A DNA stretch of 64,000 bases from the IMG/VR virus record IMGVR_UViG_3300025530_000412, one strand, 5' to 3'. Shown here piece after piece: positions 1-8,984 of this stretch. A program made the translations under genes and the position numbers. Position 1 is the first letter of the stretch; the number at the start of each line of letters is the position of its first letter. The notes below the pieces were generated by a model. That model was not told the DNA's origin, did no database searches, and was given only the letters and a program-made list of their open reading frames with translations. The stretch is from an uncultured virus (IMG/VR IMGVR_UViG_3300025530_000412) (taxonomy: Duplodnaviria > Heunggongvirae > Uroviricota > Caudoviricetes).

Positions 1-432
1 ATGGCGAAACAAGCGAAAATTACGATGGAAAACGGCGCGGAAATCATCATTGATTTGTTCGAAAAAGACGCGCCGAACACGGTGGCCAATTTTGAAAAGC
101 TGGCCAACGACGGTTTCTACGACGGACTGGTGTTTCACCGCGTGATTCCCGGTTTTGTCGCCCAGGGAGGCTGCCCGTATGGGAACGGCACGGGCGGACC
201 GGGTTACACGATCAACTGTGAAATCAATCCGAACAAGCATGAGCGCGGATCGGTCGCGATGGCTCATGCCGGCCGAAATACGGGCGGCAGCCAGTTTTAC
301 ATTTGCTATCAGCCGCAACCGCATCTCGACGGGGAACATACGGTATTCGGCAAAGTGGTCAAAGGCATGGAACATGTCGACGCGTTTCGCGGCCGTGATC
401 GCATGAAGACCGTGACCGTCCAAGACGTGTGA
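1..432 (+). CDS. ppiB: Cyclophilin-type peptidyl-prolyl cis-trans isomerase (host gene)
   Basis: [28 protein letters not shown] and [10 protein letters not shown] cyclophilin motifs; GC-rich host codon usage. Confidence 0.97.
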   Translation: MAKQAKITMENGAEIIIDLFEKDAPNTVANFEKLANDGFYDGLVFHRVIPGFVAQGGCPYGNGTGGPGYTINCEINPNKHERGSVAMAHAGRNTGGSQFYICYQPQPHLDGEHTVFGKVVKGMEHVDAFRGRDRMKTVTVQDV

Positions 433-516
433 CCGGACCGGAGGCATACGAAGGCGAAAGCGGTCGTGGATGAAGCATGTGTACGGCGGAGCGAGCGTTG
501 TTGCGAACGGGCGATC

Positions 517-545
517 TGGTCAAATCGATTCGAATATAGTACAAT
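517..545 (+). promoter_or_regulatory. Host sigmaA-type promoter, probably for the rib operon leader
   Basis: TGGTCA-17 bp-TACAAT just upstream of the riboswitch-like fragment. Confidence 0.55.
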
Positions 546-560
546 ACGTGTAAATCTGAA

Positions 561-583
561 GTGACCTTCGGGGCGGGGTGAAA
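561..583 (+). ncRNA. 5' fragment of an FMN riboswitch (RFN element), truncated at the prophage junction (attL)
   Basis: CCTTCGGGGCGGGGTGAAA matches the RFN start (CTTCGGGGCAGGGTGAAA); the expected TTCCC.ACCGGCGGT continuation is replaced by AT-rich DNA; ppiB lies upstream of the rib operon in Bacillales. Confidence 0.65.
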
Positions 584-602
584 ACACTCTGTTTCAAAAT
601 TA

Positions 603-681
603 CCAAGACCCTTGTTAGATCAAGGGTCTTGGGTTATAATTTTTCAACAAAGGGGGATTCTGGTAGGATTTTGGCAGGATT
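603..681. repeat. attL arm region: 12-bp inverted repeat plus tandem TGGYAGGATT repeats (candidate integrase arm-type sites)
   Basis: CCAAGACCCTTG-ttagat-CAAGGGTCTTGG at 603-632; TGGTAGGATT t TGGCAGGATT at 661-681. Confidence 0.5.
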
Positions 682-719
682 CTTCACTAAAAATACATAT
701 CACTAAATACAATTAAAGG

Positions 720-1877
720 ATGATAAAAATGCCTATTTACAAAGACCCAAATGTCAAAAAGAACCCATGGTATTTTGCTTTTGAAATCAAAGATGAAAAT
801 GGGAAAAGAAAAACGATAAAAAAGAGGGGATTTAAAACAAAAGGAGAAGCTACGGAGGCAGAAATCGAAGTTAGAAACCAAATTTACAAAGGAACTTATG
901 TTAAACCGTCACAAGTTTTATTCGGTGATTACATTCAAAATTGGTTAAAAACAAAACAAGACTTAGGTGATCAGGCTAGATATAATAATTTCAATATCAT
1001 TAAGCACCATGTAAACCCCCATATTGGTCATATTCCTTTATCAAAAATTAATGTTGATGTTTTGGAAAATTATATCCATGAATTAAATCAAAAAAATCTT
1101 GCAAAAAGTTCAGTCAAAAAAATATTTACATTAGTTAACACTTCATTAAGGGCAGCAGTAAAAAAAGGGTTAATACCAAAAAATCCTGTAGATTTCCTAG
1201 ACTCTAAACCAAAAGAAGGTGGTAGAAAGGTTAATTGCTGGACTAAAGAAGAGGTTGTTCAATTTCTTAATGGATTCGAACATAGGCAAAAAATTATTTT
1301 TATACTAGCAATTTATACTGGAATGAGAATTGGAGAAATTTTGTCATTGCAAATGAAAAATATCGACTTTGAACAAGGAATAATTCATATCAAACAAACA
1401 CTTACATTTGATGCGAAAATTAAGGAAGGTGCTAAAACTGCATCTGGTAATAGATCAATTAAGGTGCCGAACAATGTATTAATCGAGATGAGAAAACATT
1501 GGGATTTAATCTTAAAAGAAAAAGAAGAAGCAGGAGATAAATACCAAGACAATGATTTATTCATTTGTACCAAAAATGGAACTCCCTTTACAAAACAAAA
1601 TTGCTATAATCTTTTTCAGAAGCTTGTAAAGCAAACAGGAGTAAGAAGGATAAGAGTGCATGATTTAAGGCATACATGTGCTTCATTATTGTTTCAGACA
1701 AATCCACCTACCAATCCAAAGGTAGTTCAAGAACTTTTAGGTCATTCATCAATAAGAATTACTTACGATTTATATTCTCATATGATGCCAAACATGCATG
1801 AACAGGCTGTAAATGCATTAGATAAATTATTAAGCAGTAGCAATAAATCACAAGGGACAGGGGAAAAGAGTGAATAA
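720..1877 (+). CDS. int: Phage tyrosine integrase with N-terminal arm-binding domain
   Basis: TGMRIGE (R), HDLRH (HxxR), LGHS and YSH (Y) catalytic motifs; KRGFKTKGEA arm-binding N-terminus. Confidence 0.95.
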   Translation: MIKMPIYKDPNVKKNPWYFAFEIKDENGKRKTIKKRGFKTKGEATEAEIEVRNQIYKGTYVKPSQVLFGDYIQNWLKTKQDLGDQARYNNFNIIKHHVNPHIGHIPLSKINVDVLENYIHELNQKNLAKSSVKKIFTLVNTSLRAAVKKGLIPKNPVDFLDSKPKEGGRKVNCWTKEEVVQFLNGFEHRQKIIFILAIYTGMRIGEILSLQMKNIDFEQGIIHIKQTLTFDAKIKEGAKTASGNRSIKVPNNVLIEMRKHWDLILKEKEEAGDKYQDNDLFICTKNGTPFTKQNCYNLFQKLVKQTGVRRIRVHDLRHTCASLLFQTNPPTNPKVVQELLGHSSIRITYDLYSHMMPNMHEQAVNALDKLLSSSNKSQGTGEKSE

Positions 1878-2202
1878 TCGATTCAAAGGGCTTATCAAAT
1901 GTAAAAATTGTGGCAAAAACTATAAATTCAAAATGTTTCGTAAGAAGCCAGCATATATCTGCTCGGGTTTCGCTAACTATGGAAAAGAATTTTGTTCAAG
2001 CTTCTTTATCGAAGAAGAGGAGATCATCAACGTCATCATTCGTCATTTAGAAATTCATAAAAAGAAAATTGAAAAGCCGGTAGAGGAATATGTTAAACAA
2101 ATAGAAGTAATAGAGGAGGGATACAGGATCATTTACAAAGATGGAACCAAATCTTTGATGAATGTGCCTAATGAACATGGTATGTTATGTATACGCTATT
2201 AA
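1870..2202 (+). CDS. Stand-alone recombinase zinc-ribbon-like protein
   Basis: FKGLIKCKNCG...YICSG...C pattern of serine-recombinase Zn ribbons; overlaps the integrase stop. Confidence 0.6.
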   Translation: MNNRFKGLIKCKNCGKNYKFKMFRKKPAYICSGFANYGKEFCSSFFIEEEEIINVIIRHLEIHKKKIEKPVEEYVKQIEVIEEGYRIIYKDGTKSLMNVPNEHGMLCIRY

Positions 2203-2341
2203 AAAAAGCCTCCCTCAAGTAATATGTCGTATAATGTCGAATTTAGGACAACAATGCAGATTTTTCAAATTTTACTTGAGGGAGGTTAATATATTGATAT
2301 TATTGATATTTTAGACTTTAATTAGGACAACAAAAATCAGT

Positions 2342-2737
2342 TTATTTTGACGTTGGAGGGAGTAATTCAACAGCAGATTCAATAGCAAATTCAATAATTA
2401 ATTTGTCATCCTCATCAATAGTAAAGCCCAATTTCTCTAAAGTGGCGATACACATATCAAACGCCATCTTCTTTTTATCTTCATTATCTTCATATGTAGC
2501 AATTACTTCAACAAAATCAACAATGTCTTCCACAACAACATGAATCACAATATATTTATCTTTAAAAGCTTGATCTTTACCATATTTCATAACTAAAATC
2601 TCAACAATCTTTAAAATCTTTTTAGATAAGTCGATACTATCTTTTTTGTACCACCCTTTTTTCTCCAAATACGGAACTAAAACAAATCCAATACAAACAA
2701 TAACTGCCACCACAATAATACTATACAATGTTTCCAT
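2342..2737 (-). CDS. Putative holin (LL-H-like), one N-terminal TM helix
   Basis: Hydrophobic N-terminus, C-terminal IESAV motif, adjacent to the endolysin. Confidence 0.6.
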   Translation of the reverse strand: METLYSIIVVAVIVCIGFVLVPYLEKKGWYKKDSIDLSKKILKIVEILVMKYGKDQAFKDKYIVIHVVVEDIVDFVEVIATYEDNEDKKKMAFDMCIATLEKLGFTIDEDDKLIIEFAIESAVELLPPTSK

Positions 2738-2756
2738 TAATAATTCACTCCTTTGC

Positions 2757-3596
2757 TTATTTCAAAAGTCCAGCGCGATCTAGAATCGTAACTAAGCGAT
2801 AAAAATCATAACTACCATTGTTGGGAGTATCGATTAGTCCTTTTTGAACGGCATTTTCAACGGCTTGTTTTGCCCAATCAGGAATCGCCTCTAATTTTTG
2901 ACGTTTTTCCAAATCAGCAATCTTTTTTTCCAATTGTTTAATTTGTTGTTGCAATTGTTGAATCATTTTTTCTTCTTCCTCCTTGTTTAATTTTTGATTC
3001 ATTACTGTTTTGACTTTTTCTTTGAATGTTTTCCACTCATTTGGGTTGTTCACAAACCACCTGTGGCAATCTTTCCAACCAACCACCTCCTGATGTGTCC
3101 ACAAATCCATAATTGGATCGAGTTTAAATTCAATGCAAAGGTCAGCACAACGTTCAACGAGTGTGTTATACGTTGCATCAGTCATTTTGCCTGTCCAGTC
3201 AACATGTGTACATTCAATTCCATATGTACAGTTGTTAGGGTACGGTTGTATTTTTTTAGATGAATTTGTATTTAGTCTTTCCCATGCAGCAGGAGTATAA
3301 ATTTGTGTAGCCCCTGCCTTATAAGGTCGATTAGTCCCTACATGGTAGGCCATTTCATCTTTTGGAATACAAATAATGATATCGCCATTAAGATCAATAA
3401 TTTCATGTGCTGAAGCATAAAGACTCTTTTTGGTTCTCAAAGACTCAAAATAATCTCTGTTATTTTTCGCTGTTGACATTGGATTTGCAACCCAATGCAC
3501 AACGATTCCAAGTATTTTTTTTATTTTTGTTTGTGGCCTTGAATAGGGATTGGGAGTTAAATATTGCTCAATAATTTTATAAGACAATGATATCAC
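2757..3596 (-). CDS. Endolysin, N-acetylmuramoyl-L-alanine amidase (Amidase_2)
   Basis: IVVHWVAN, ASAH, AYHVG, GIE, H-EV-GWKDC zinc-amidase motifs; C-terminal IPDWAK..AV cell-wall-binding segment. Confidence 0.9.
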   Translation of the reverse strand: MISLSYKIIEQYLTPNPYSRPQTKIKKILGIVVHWVANPMSTAKNNRDYFESLRTKKSLYASAHEIIDLNGDIIICIPKDEMAYHVGTNRPYKAGATQIYTPAAWERLNTNSSKKIQPYPNNCTYGIECTHVDWTGKMTDATYNTLVERCADLCIEFKLDPIMDLWTHQEVVGWKDCHRWFVNNPNEWKTFKEKVKTVMNQKLNKEEEEKMIQQLQQQIKQLEKKIADLEKRQKLEAIPDWAKQAVENAVQKGLIDTPNNGSYDFYRLVTILDRAGLLK

Positions 3597-3616
3597 CTCC
3601 TAAAAAAAATAATATA

Positions 3617-4084
3617 TTATTTTTTAAAGTCTTCATTCTTTTTTTCTTTGAACCTCTTTTCTTCTTGTAAAATCTTGTCTTCAAAGAATACAAGGTGCTT
3701 CTGTTTAGCCTCCTTTAAGTTTTCATAAATCGAACGAATCTCAATCAAACCAAAACCAGAAAGAAATACATATTTTAGATATTCACCAATGTAAAATGCG
3801 TGATTGGCAGCAATAAATAAAATTGCATAAGCCATAATTTTACCAACAAATCCAGAGTACATTTTTTTGGATAAAATCGCCCTTTTATTTACTTTTTCTG
3901 CCCATACTCTTGATGCAATGTCACATAGAATTAAAATAAATGCACTCATTAATTCTTTGGTAGTAAGTCCAGTTAAATAGCAAATATATCCTACGATCAC
4001 TCCCCCAACATAAAACAAATGATCTGTAAAAATCTTTACAAACTGGTCTTTTGTTGAAATTACCATAATTTTTAAGTAATCCAC
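3617..4084 (-). CDS. Phage holin family protein
   Basis: Several TM segments, S-KM-G-GK motif, E-RSI-ENL; upstream of the amidase. Confidence 0.8.
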   Translation of the reverse strand: MDYLKIMVISTKDQFVKIFTDHLFYVGGVIVGYICYLTGLTTKELMSAFILILCDIASRVWAEKVNKRAILSKKMYSGFVGKIMAYAILFIAANHAFYIGEYLKYVFLSGFGLIEIRSIYENLKEAKQKHLVFFEDKILQEEKRFKEKKNEDFKK

Positions 4085-4111
4085 TACTAATACCCCTTCC
4101 CTAATTAATAA

Positions 4112-4140
4112 AACACGGGGTACTCCAAGTACCCCGTGTT
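4112..4140. terminator. Intrinsic terminator hairpin
   Basis: AACACGGGGTAC-tccaa-GTACCCCGTGTT flanked by A/T runs. Confidence 0.75.
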
Positions 4141-4149
4141 AAAAACTCT

Positions 4150-7100
4150 TTATAATATAAAAGCATATGCAGTATTATATGGATCTTCTTGTACTATGAG
4201 TACGCTCTCTAGATCACTAATATAAAATACTTGAACGTTTAATCTTGTTTTTAAATCAAATGTTTCTCGATATGGAATCATAATACTTGACTTTAGGTAT
4301 CCAGAACGCACAAATATATGACCATGAAAATCCTCGTTTTTAAATACGCTAATATTTCCATCCAAATCTTTTTCTCTATGTTTAATTGCTATAATATGGG
4401 ACGGGAGATTTCCCCACCTTTTTTGTCTAACAGTTATACTCCCATCTATAGAACTTGAGAATACAACTGAGATACTACAATGAATCTTTGTACGAATTTG
4501 ACTAATTGAAGAATTTAATTTACTCCACTCGGTTCTTCTTGCAATAACTGAACCGGACAGTAATGATTTATCACTTCGTCTTACTATAATATTGCAATAA
4601 ATATCTGGATTGTTTACAAATAATTTTGAGGACAAATCTATTGGGAAACCTGTTTTCTTAATAGAAAAAGAAGAAGGAAGATTGCTCTTATCACTTCTTC
4701 TTACTTTCATTGTTGAATACACATTTTTTCTTATTACAGTAATGGATGATTCAATCATATAATTAAAATTGTAAATATGCATACTGGATACCAATTCTTT
4801 GTAATCCCATGTGGTACGGACATTTAATTTAGATGATAGATCTTTCCATCTGTTACTTCTAACAGTTAAACTCGCCTGTCTAACACTTAAATCCACACTT
4901 TTCGGAAAAGGATCAAAGTATTCGATCTCTAATTTTGGTTTAAATTGTGAATGTTCTCTACTACAAAAACTATAATATAATGGTATCGATTCATCAGTAG
5001 ATCGAATCATTAAGCCATTATTTTCTGTATCTCCGTTGTACCATCTATTTACAACATCCAGTATGTCAATCTCAATATAACCCTTTGTACTACCTACTGT
5101 CAAAGAAGCCACAGTATTTGTAGCCACAGGCTGATTTGCCCATGTTATTCCTAATTCCGTCCAGTCTTCTAATAGCTCTTTTATTTGTATTTGCAATTCC
5201 GGTTGAGAATCGTAATCAAAATATAACTTTAATATTGCCTTTGTTATCCTCATTTTTTCAGGAATATGATTAAGGTCAAATTTAATAAATGATCTATATA
5301 TATCATTTAAATCCTGACTGTATCCAAACAAAATTTTCTGTGTTGTACCATAATTCAGTCTCGGAACACTTGATCTAACAAAGGCATCTTGAATCGTTGC
5401 GGTTTCAACTGTGATTCTTGGCGGCGGTATTACATCCACGATACCCGTCATTTGCCCTTTAGGATTAACAGATAAAGTTGAAAACAATTGTGAAACTTGT
5501 TTTACATCAATTTGTGAATCTAAATTCAATGTATATACAGGAGAAATTTCAACTTTTCCCGTCATTCGACCATGAGAGCGAATATTAATATTACTTATTA
5601 ACGAATTATTATAAAGTACGTACAAATTGGATAACTTATCATATCCATAAAATCCATTTTCTAATTTTTTATAATCACTATTAATGTTTATTGATGATGT
5701 TAAATCGCCAAAAATTGATAAATCTTCAATAATCAATACTGGTCTGAATCCATTAACAGAATTTGCAATACTCGATGCTCTATCTGTATAATAACTTCCA
5801 GCACCAGCATTTCCTCTGCACATTCTATTAGAAGCTGAGTTGGTTGGTGTAGTTGAAGTCCAAGATGCAATTCCATTCCAATTCCATACCGCATTGTCTC
5901 CCGCTGTAATTGTTCCATTTAAAGTAGAGTTAACAATATATTTGCTCCATTCATTGTCTGTGTCTGTAGAAAATATGCCACCAGTAAGAAGTCGAATCGT
6001 GTATAAATAATTATTAGAAATGGGTTTAGTGTTAATAGGATCTATTACATCATTGTATATTTCTAACTCATCTAATATTCCATTAAACATCCTTGCTGTT
6101 TCGGTGTGACCAGAAATAGAAAGATTTCTAGTAGATGCAGATGTTTCTATTGCACTAGAAGTTCCAGTTACATGAGGGGTTGTCATATCATCAATATACA
6201 TTTTAACCCCGTCTGTATTGACAGTACCATCCCATGTTAACAAAATATCATGCCATTGACCATCACAAATATTTTTTGTTCCAGTGACCCTAAAACTTTC
6301 GGTTGTTCCATTGTAAAGTAAAAATACAATAGATCCATTAGTTTGAACAGCAACATTAGTACCCTTTTCAGCAAATGAAATTGCATTCCAAATTATGTAC
6401 TCTGCCGCAGTAGGAATTGTAGACTTCTTAATCTTAAACCTGATACTTTTTTTTCCTAATGGTATAACTGGAGAATTAAAAGTTATTTTATCTGTTCCAC
6501 TAAAACTTCTAGCATTTCCTCCATTATAACCTGTAACTATCGTTGTTCCAGTAATGTTTCCATTTCTTCGACTTAATGAATCAATTAAAATAGAACCACT
6601 TTCTTCAAAATGATACAGAGCTTCAAGCCGTTCTTGAATATTATATTTTAACTGTAACCCGCTCCCCGATGCCACTCCTACTGTATTTAATGTGTCCCAT
6701 GAAATAGAATGTTGAATATTTCTATCAGCTATTAATCGTTTAATTCCATTCCAATCTTCAACCATTATGAGATAAAAATCCCCATCTGGTGTTGCTGTGG
6801 ATGTAGCAGGAATAAAATCTGAAGTTTCTTGTCCCAATCTACTGAATGCACCAAATTGATTGCTTGACGCATTATAGTGGCAACGAATACGTTTTCCAAC
6901 TTCTAAATCTGAAATATCTAAGACCTCATCAGAATGAAGAAGTCTCCCATTTTCATCAATATCTACAGCGTCCCATAAAATGAGTTTATTTACTGAAGCA
7001 TCATTAGGAACAATAATTTCAACTTTATGTCTTCCCCACATCAATCCTGTATATTCAAATACTAATACACTTGGGAGTGCTGATGTCGCATAGTCACTAT

Positions 7101-7800
7101 ACGTATTAACAAGTAAATCATCGATATAAACAGGAATGCTATCGTGTCTATTAGAGTATCGTTGCATTACAAATCTGATGTTGCTTCCAATAAAATCAAA
7201 TCTTACTTTATCTCCTCTGACCGCTGAAAACATCCCTTCTCCTTGATAATATTGAGAAGGAACATCAGATAAACTATACCAACCAGATCCTACATACTGA
7301 AAGGCTGAATTTTTATTATCGTACCTTTTCCATCCCGGCTCAGGAGATGTAAGTCTAGATCCAACTGACGCTATAATATAGCCAATATCATCAATATCAA
7401 TAGCATCTAAATGAAAAAATTGACCTTCAATATTTGTGTAAATTTCTACTTGATGAATATCATAATTCAGTCCAATTTTTTCATATACCAATCTTTGAAA
7501 ATTAGCGTCTGTAGATGATCTTACTGAAAAATATTCTATTTCATCATCTATTTTTATAACTACACTTGTACTGTATTTTTGAGAAGAACTATACATTGGA
7601 GAAATTATTCTTAATTTCGTTCCTTTAAATTTAAAAAAGATTTTTGAATTTACACTATTAGAATATACAGTTGATCCTCTATAATGAGATGAATTTGACC
7701 AAGTTGACCATGTTCCATTATATGCTATACCATCGCTATTATTATCGTATCTTCTCCAACCAGATTCAGGAGATGTAAGTTGATCGCCAATATTAGCCAA
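4150..7800 (-). CDS. Multidomain tail fibre / receptor-binding protein (two N-terminal repeats, LamG-like, CLec-like and DNRLRE-like domains)
   Basis: Repeats GDQLTSPESGWRRYDN / GSRLTSPEPGWKRYDN; DGQWHDI...GILDELEIYN (LamG); GFRPVL; DAFVRS..P..NYG...RSFIKFDL...ITWANQP. Confidence 0.75.
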   Translation of the reverse strand: MANIGDQLTSPESGWRRYDNNSDGIAYNGTWSTWSNSSHYRGSTVYSNSVNSKIFFKFKGTKLRIISPMYSSSQKYSTSVVIKIDDEIEYFSVRSSTDANFQRLVYEKIGLNYDIHQVEIYTNIEGQFFHLDAIDIDDIGYIIASVGSRLTSPEPGWKRYDNKNSAFQYVGSGWYSLSDVPSQYYQGEGMFSAVRGDKVRFDFIGSNIRFVMQRYSNRHDSIPVYIDDLLVNTYSDYATSALPSVLVFEYTGLMWGRHKVEIIVPNDASVNKLILWDAVDIDENGRLLHSDEVLDISDLEVGKRIRCHYNASSNQFGAFSRLGQETSDFIPATSTATPDGDFYLIMVEDWNGIKRLIADRNIQHSISWDTLNTVGVASGSGLQLKYNIQERLEALYHFEESGSILIDSLSRRNGNITGTTIVTGYNGGNARSFSGTDKITFNSPVIPLGKKSIRFKIKKSTIPTAAEYIIWNAISFAEKGTNVAVQTNGSIVFLLYNGTTESFRVTGTKNICDGQWHDILLTWDGTVNTDGVKMYIDDMTTPHVTGTSSAIETSASTRNLSISGHTETARMFNGILDELEIYNDVIDPINTKPISNNYLYTIRLLTGGIFSTDTDNEWSKYIVNSTLNGTITAGDNAVWNWNGIASWTSTTPTNSASNRMCRGNAGAGSYYTDRASSIANSVNGFRPVLIIEDLSIFGDLTSSININSDYKKLENGFYGYDKLSNLYVLYNNSLISNINIRSHGRMTGKVEISPVYTLNLDSQIDVKQVSQLFSTLSVNPKGQMTGIVDVIPPPRITVETATIQDAFVRSSVPRLNYGTTQKILFGYSQDLNDIYRSFIKFDLNHIPEKMRITKAILKLYFDYDSQPELQIQIKELLEDWTELGITWANQPVATNTVASLTVGSTKGYIEIDILDVVNRWYNGDTENNGLMIRSTDESIPLYYSFCSREHSQFKPKLEIEYFDPFPKSVDLSVRQASLTVRSNRWKDLSSKLNVRTTWDYKELVSSMHIYNFNYMIESSITVIRKNVYSTMKVRRSDKSNLPSSFSIKKTGFPIDLSSKLFVNNPDIYCNIIVRRSDKSLLSGSVIARRTEWSKLNSSISQIRTKIHCSISVVFSSSIDGSITVRQKRWGNLPSHIIAIKHREKDLDGNISVFKNEDFHGHIFVRSGYLKSSIMIPYRETFDLKTRLNVQVFYISDLESVLIVQEDPYNTAYAFIL

Positions 7801-7805
7801 TTACC

Positions 7806-8924
7806 TTACACCTCCTTATATTCCAATACTGGTCTAAAGCCGACTAAATTAGTGTTAATATTATATGTTTCCCACGAAATTTGAAAATCATTATTTCTAC
7901 CTCTTATTATTCTTTTATCCGATGTGTTAGCTACATTCTCTCCCGCCTTCATTCCTAGCATTGCTGTTTCCTGACACCAAGTATAAACTCCACCGGAAAT
8001 ATGATGAAAAACATCATCTAAAGTTTTTCCATATTGAATTAAGTTTCTTGGAAAGTTTGCGATATATTTATCCCATTCATTGTTAGCAGGCCATCCTCCA
8101 TATCCTTGATCAGTAGTTGAACTATTTCCAAATCTATCAGAGTATGTAACTCCTCCTGAAAGAGATCTGATAATATTTATTTCTTTCATCATTTTTATTC
8201 TATTTATAATAACATATGGCCCCCCGTGATTTTCTAAAACTCTAATTCTGTATGATAAATAGCTAACATCATTATCTATTGAGAACCCCCTTACTTCGTT
8301 TACACTCCAAGCTGGTTGATTATTTTTTACATCTAAAATCTCCCAAGATATGTTATCATGTGAACCCTCAAATATCCAACTTTTAGGCGATGATGATATA
8401 TCAGCAGAGTTAAATGTTGCTTTTATTGTGTATTTTTTTATAACAATTGGATTTTCAAATTGGTAAGAAATCCAACCAGTTTTAACTCCATTAGCAGTAT
8501 TCCACGGATAAGGGGTGCTAGAATCATTACCACAAAATGCATTCCAAGCATCATAAGAGCTATTATAAATACTACTAGCACTAGCTACTCCACTTGGAGT
8601 AGTATTACTTGTCATTGGAGGAATCGCACTTACATCCCAAGGACACCCTTCTATATATTTTGCTCCATTTAATACATTCCATGAAATACTATGTTGTACA
8701 ACTCGGTCAGCAACTAGCAATCCTTTATTAACCTTTATAAAATAAAAACTGCCATTTGGTGTTTCCGAACCATTTATAGGTATTTCTGTATCAATTTCTC
8801 CACCTAAATTACTGAACGCTCCGCCTGTTCCACTATTGGCTTGATAATTGCATACTATATAATCACCAATTTCCATATCTTGAATTGTTGTACGTAAAAC
8901 CCCCGTTGTCGCTGGTACAGGCAT
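7806..8924 (-). CDS. Tail protein with a discoidin/F5-8 type C domain inside a CLec-like scaffold
   Basis: MTSNTTPSGVASASS...AWNAF...PKSWIFEGS...YRIRV; ends GFRPVLEY; likely ATG at 8924. Confidence 0.7.
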   Translation of the reverse strand: MPVPATTGVLRTTIQDMEIGDYIVCNYQANSGTGGAFSNLGGEIDTEIPINGSETPNGSFYFIKVNKGLLVADRVVQHSISWNVLNGAKYIEGCPWDVSAIPPMTSNTTPSGVASASSIYNSSYDAWNAFCGNDSSTPYPWNTANGVKTGWISYQFENPIVIKKYTIKATFNSADISSSPKSWIFEGSHDNISWEILDVKNNQPAWSVNEVRGFSIDNDVSYLSYRIRVLENHGGPYVIINRIKMMKEINIIRSLSGGVTYSDRFGNSSTTDQGYGGWPANNEWDKYIANFPRNLIQYGKTLDDVFHHISGGVYTWCQETAMLGMKAGENVANTSDKRIIRGRNNDFQISWETYNINTNLVGFRPVLEYKEV

Positions 8925-8984
8925 ATTTATATCACATCCTTTTCCATTGTATTGGAACACTAAAATAAAACAAAAAACCTGCCA

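Noticed and set aside
155..587. Alternative-frame ORFs over and after ppiB
   Set aside because: Shadow ORFs in GC-rich DNA overlapping a clear gene and promoter
4150..8960. Diversity-generating retroelement
   Set aside because: CLec-like GFRPVL ends are present, but I found no reverse transcriptase and no template repeat differing only at adenines in this window
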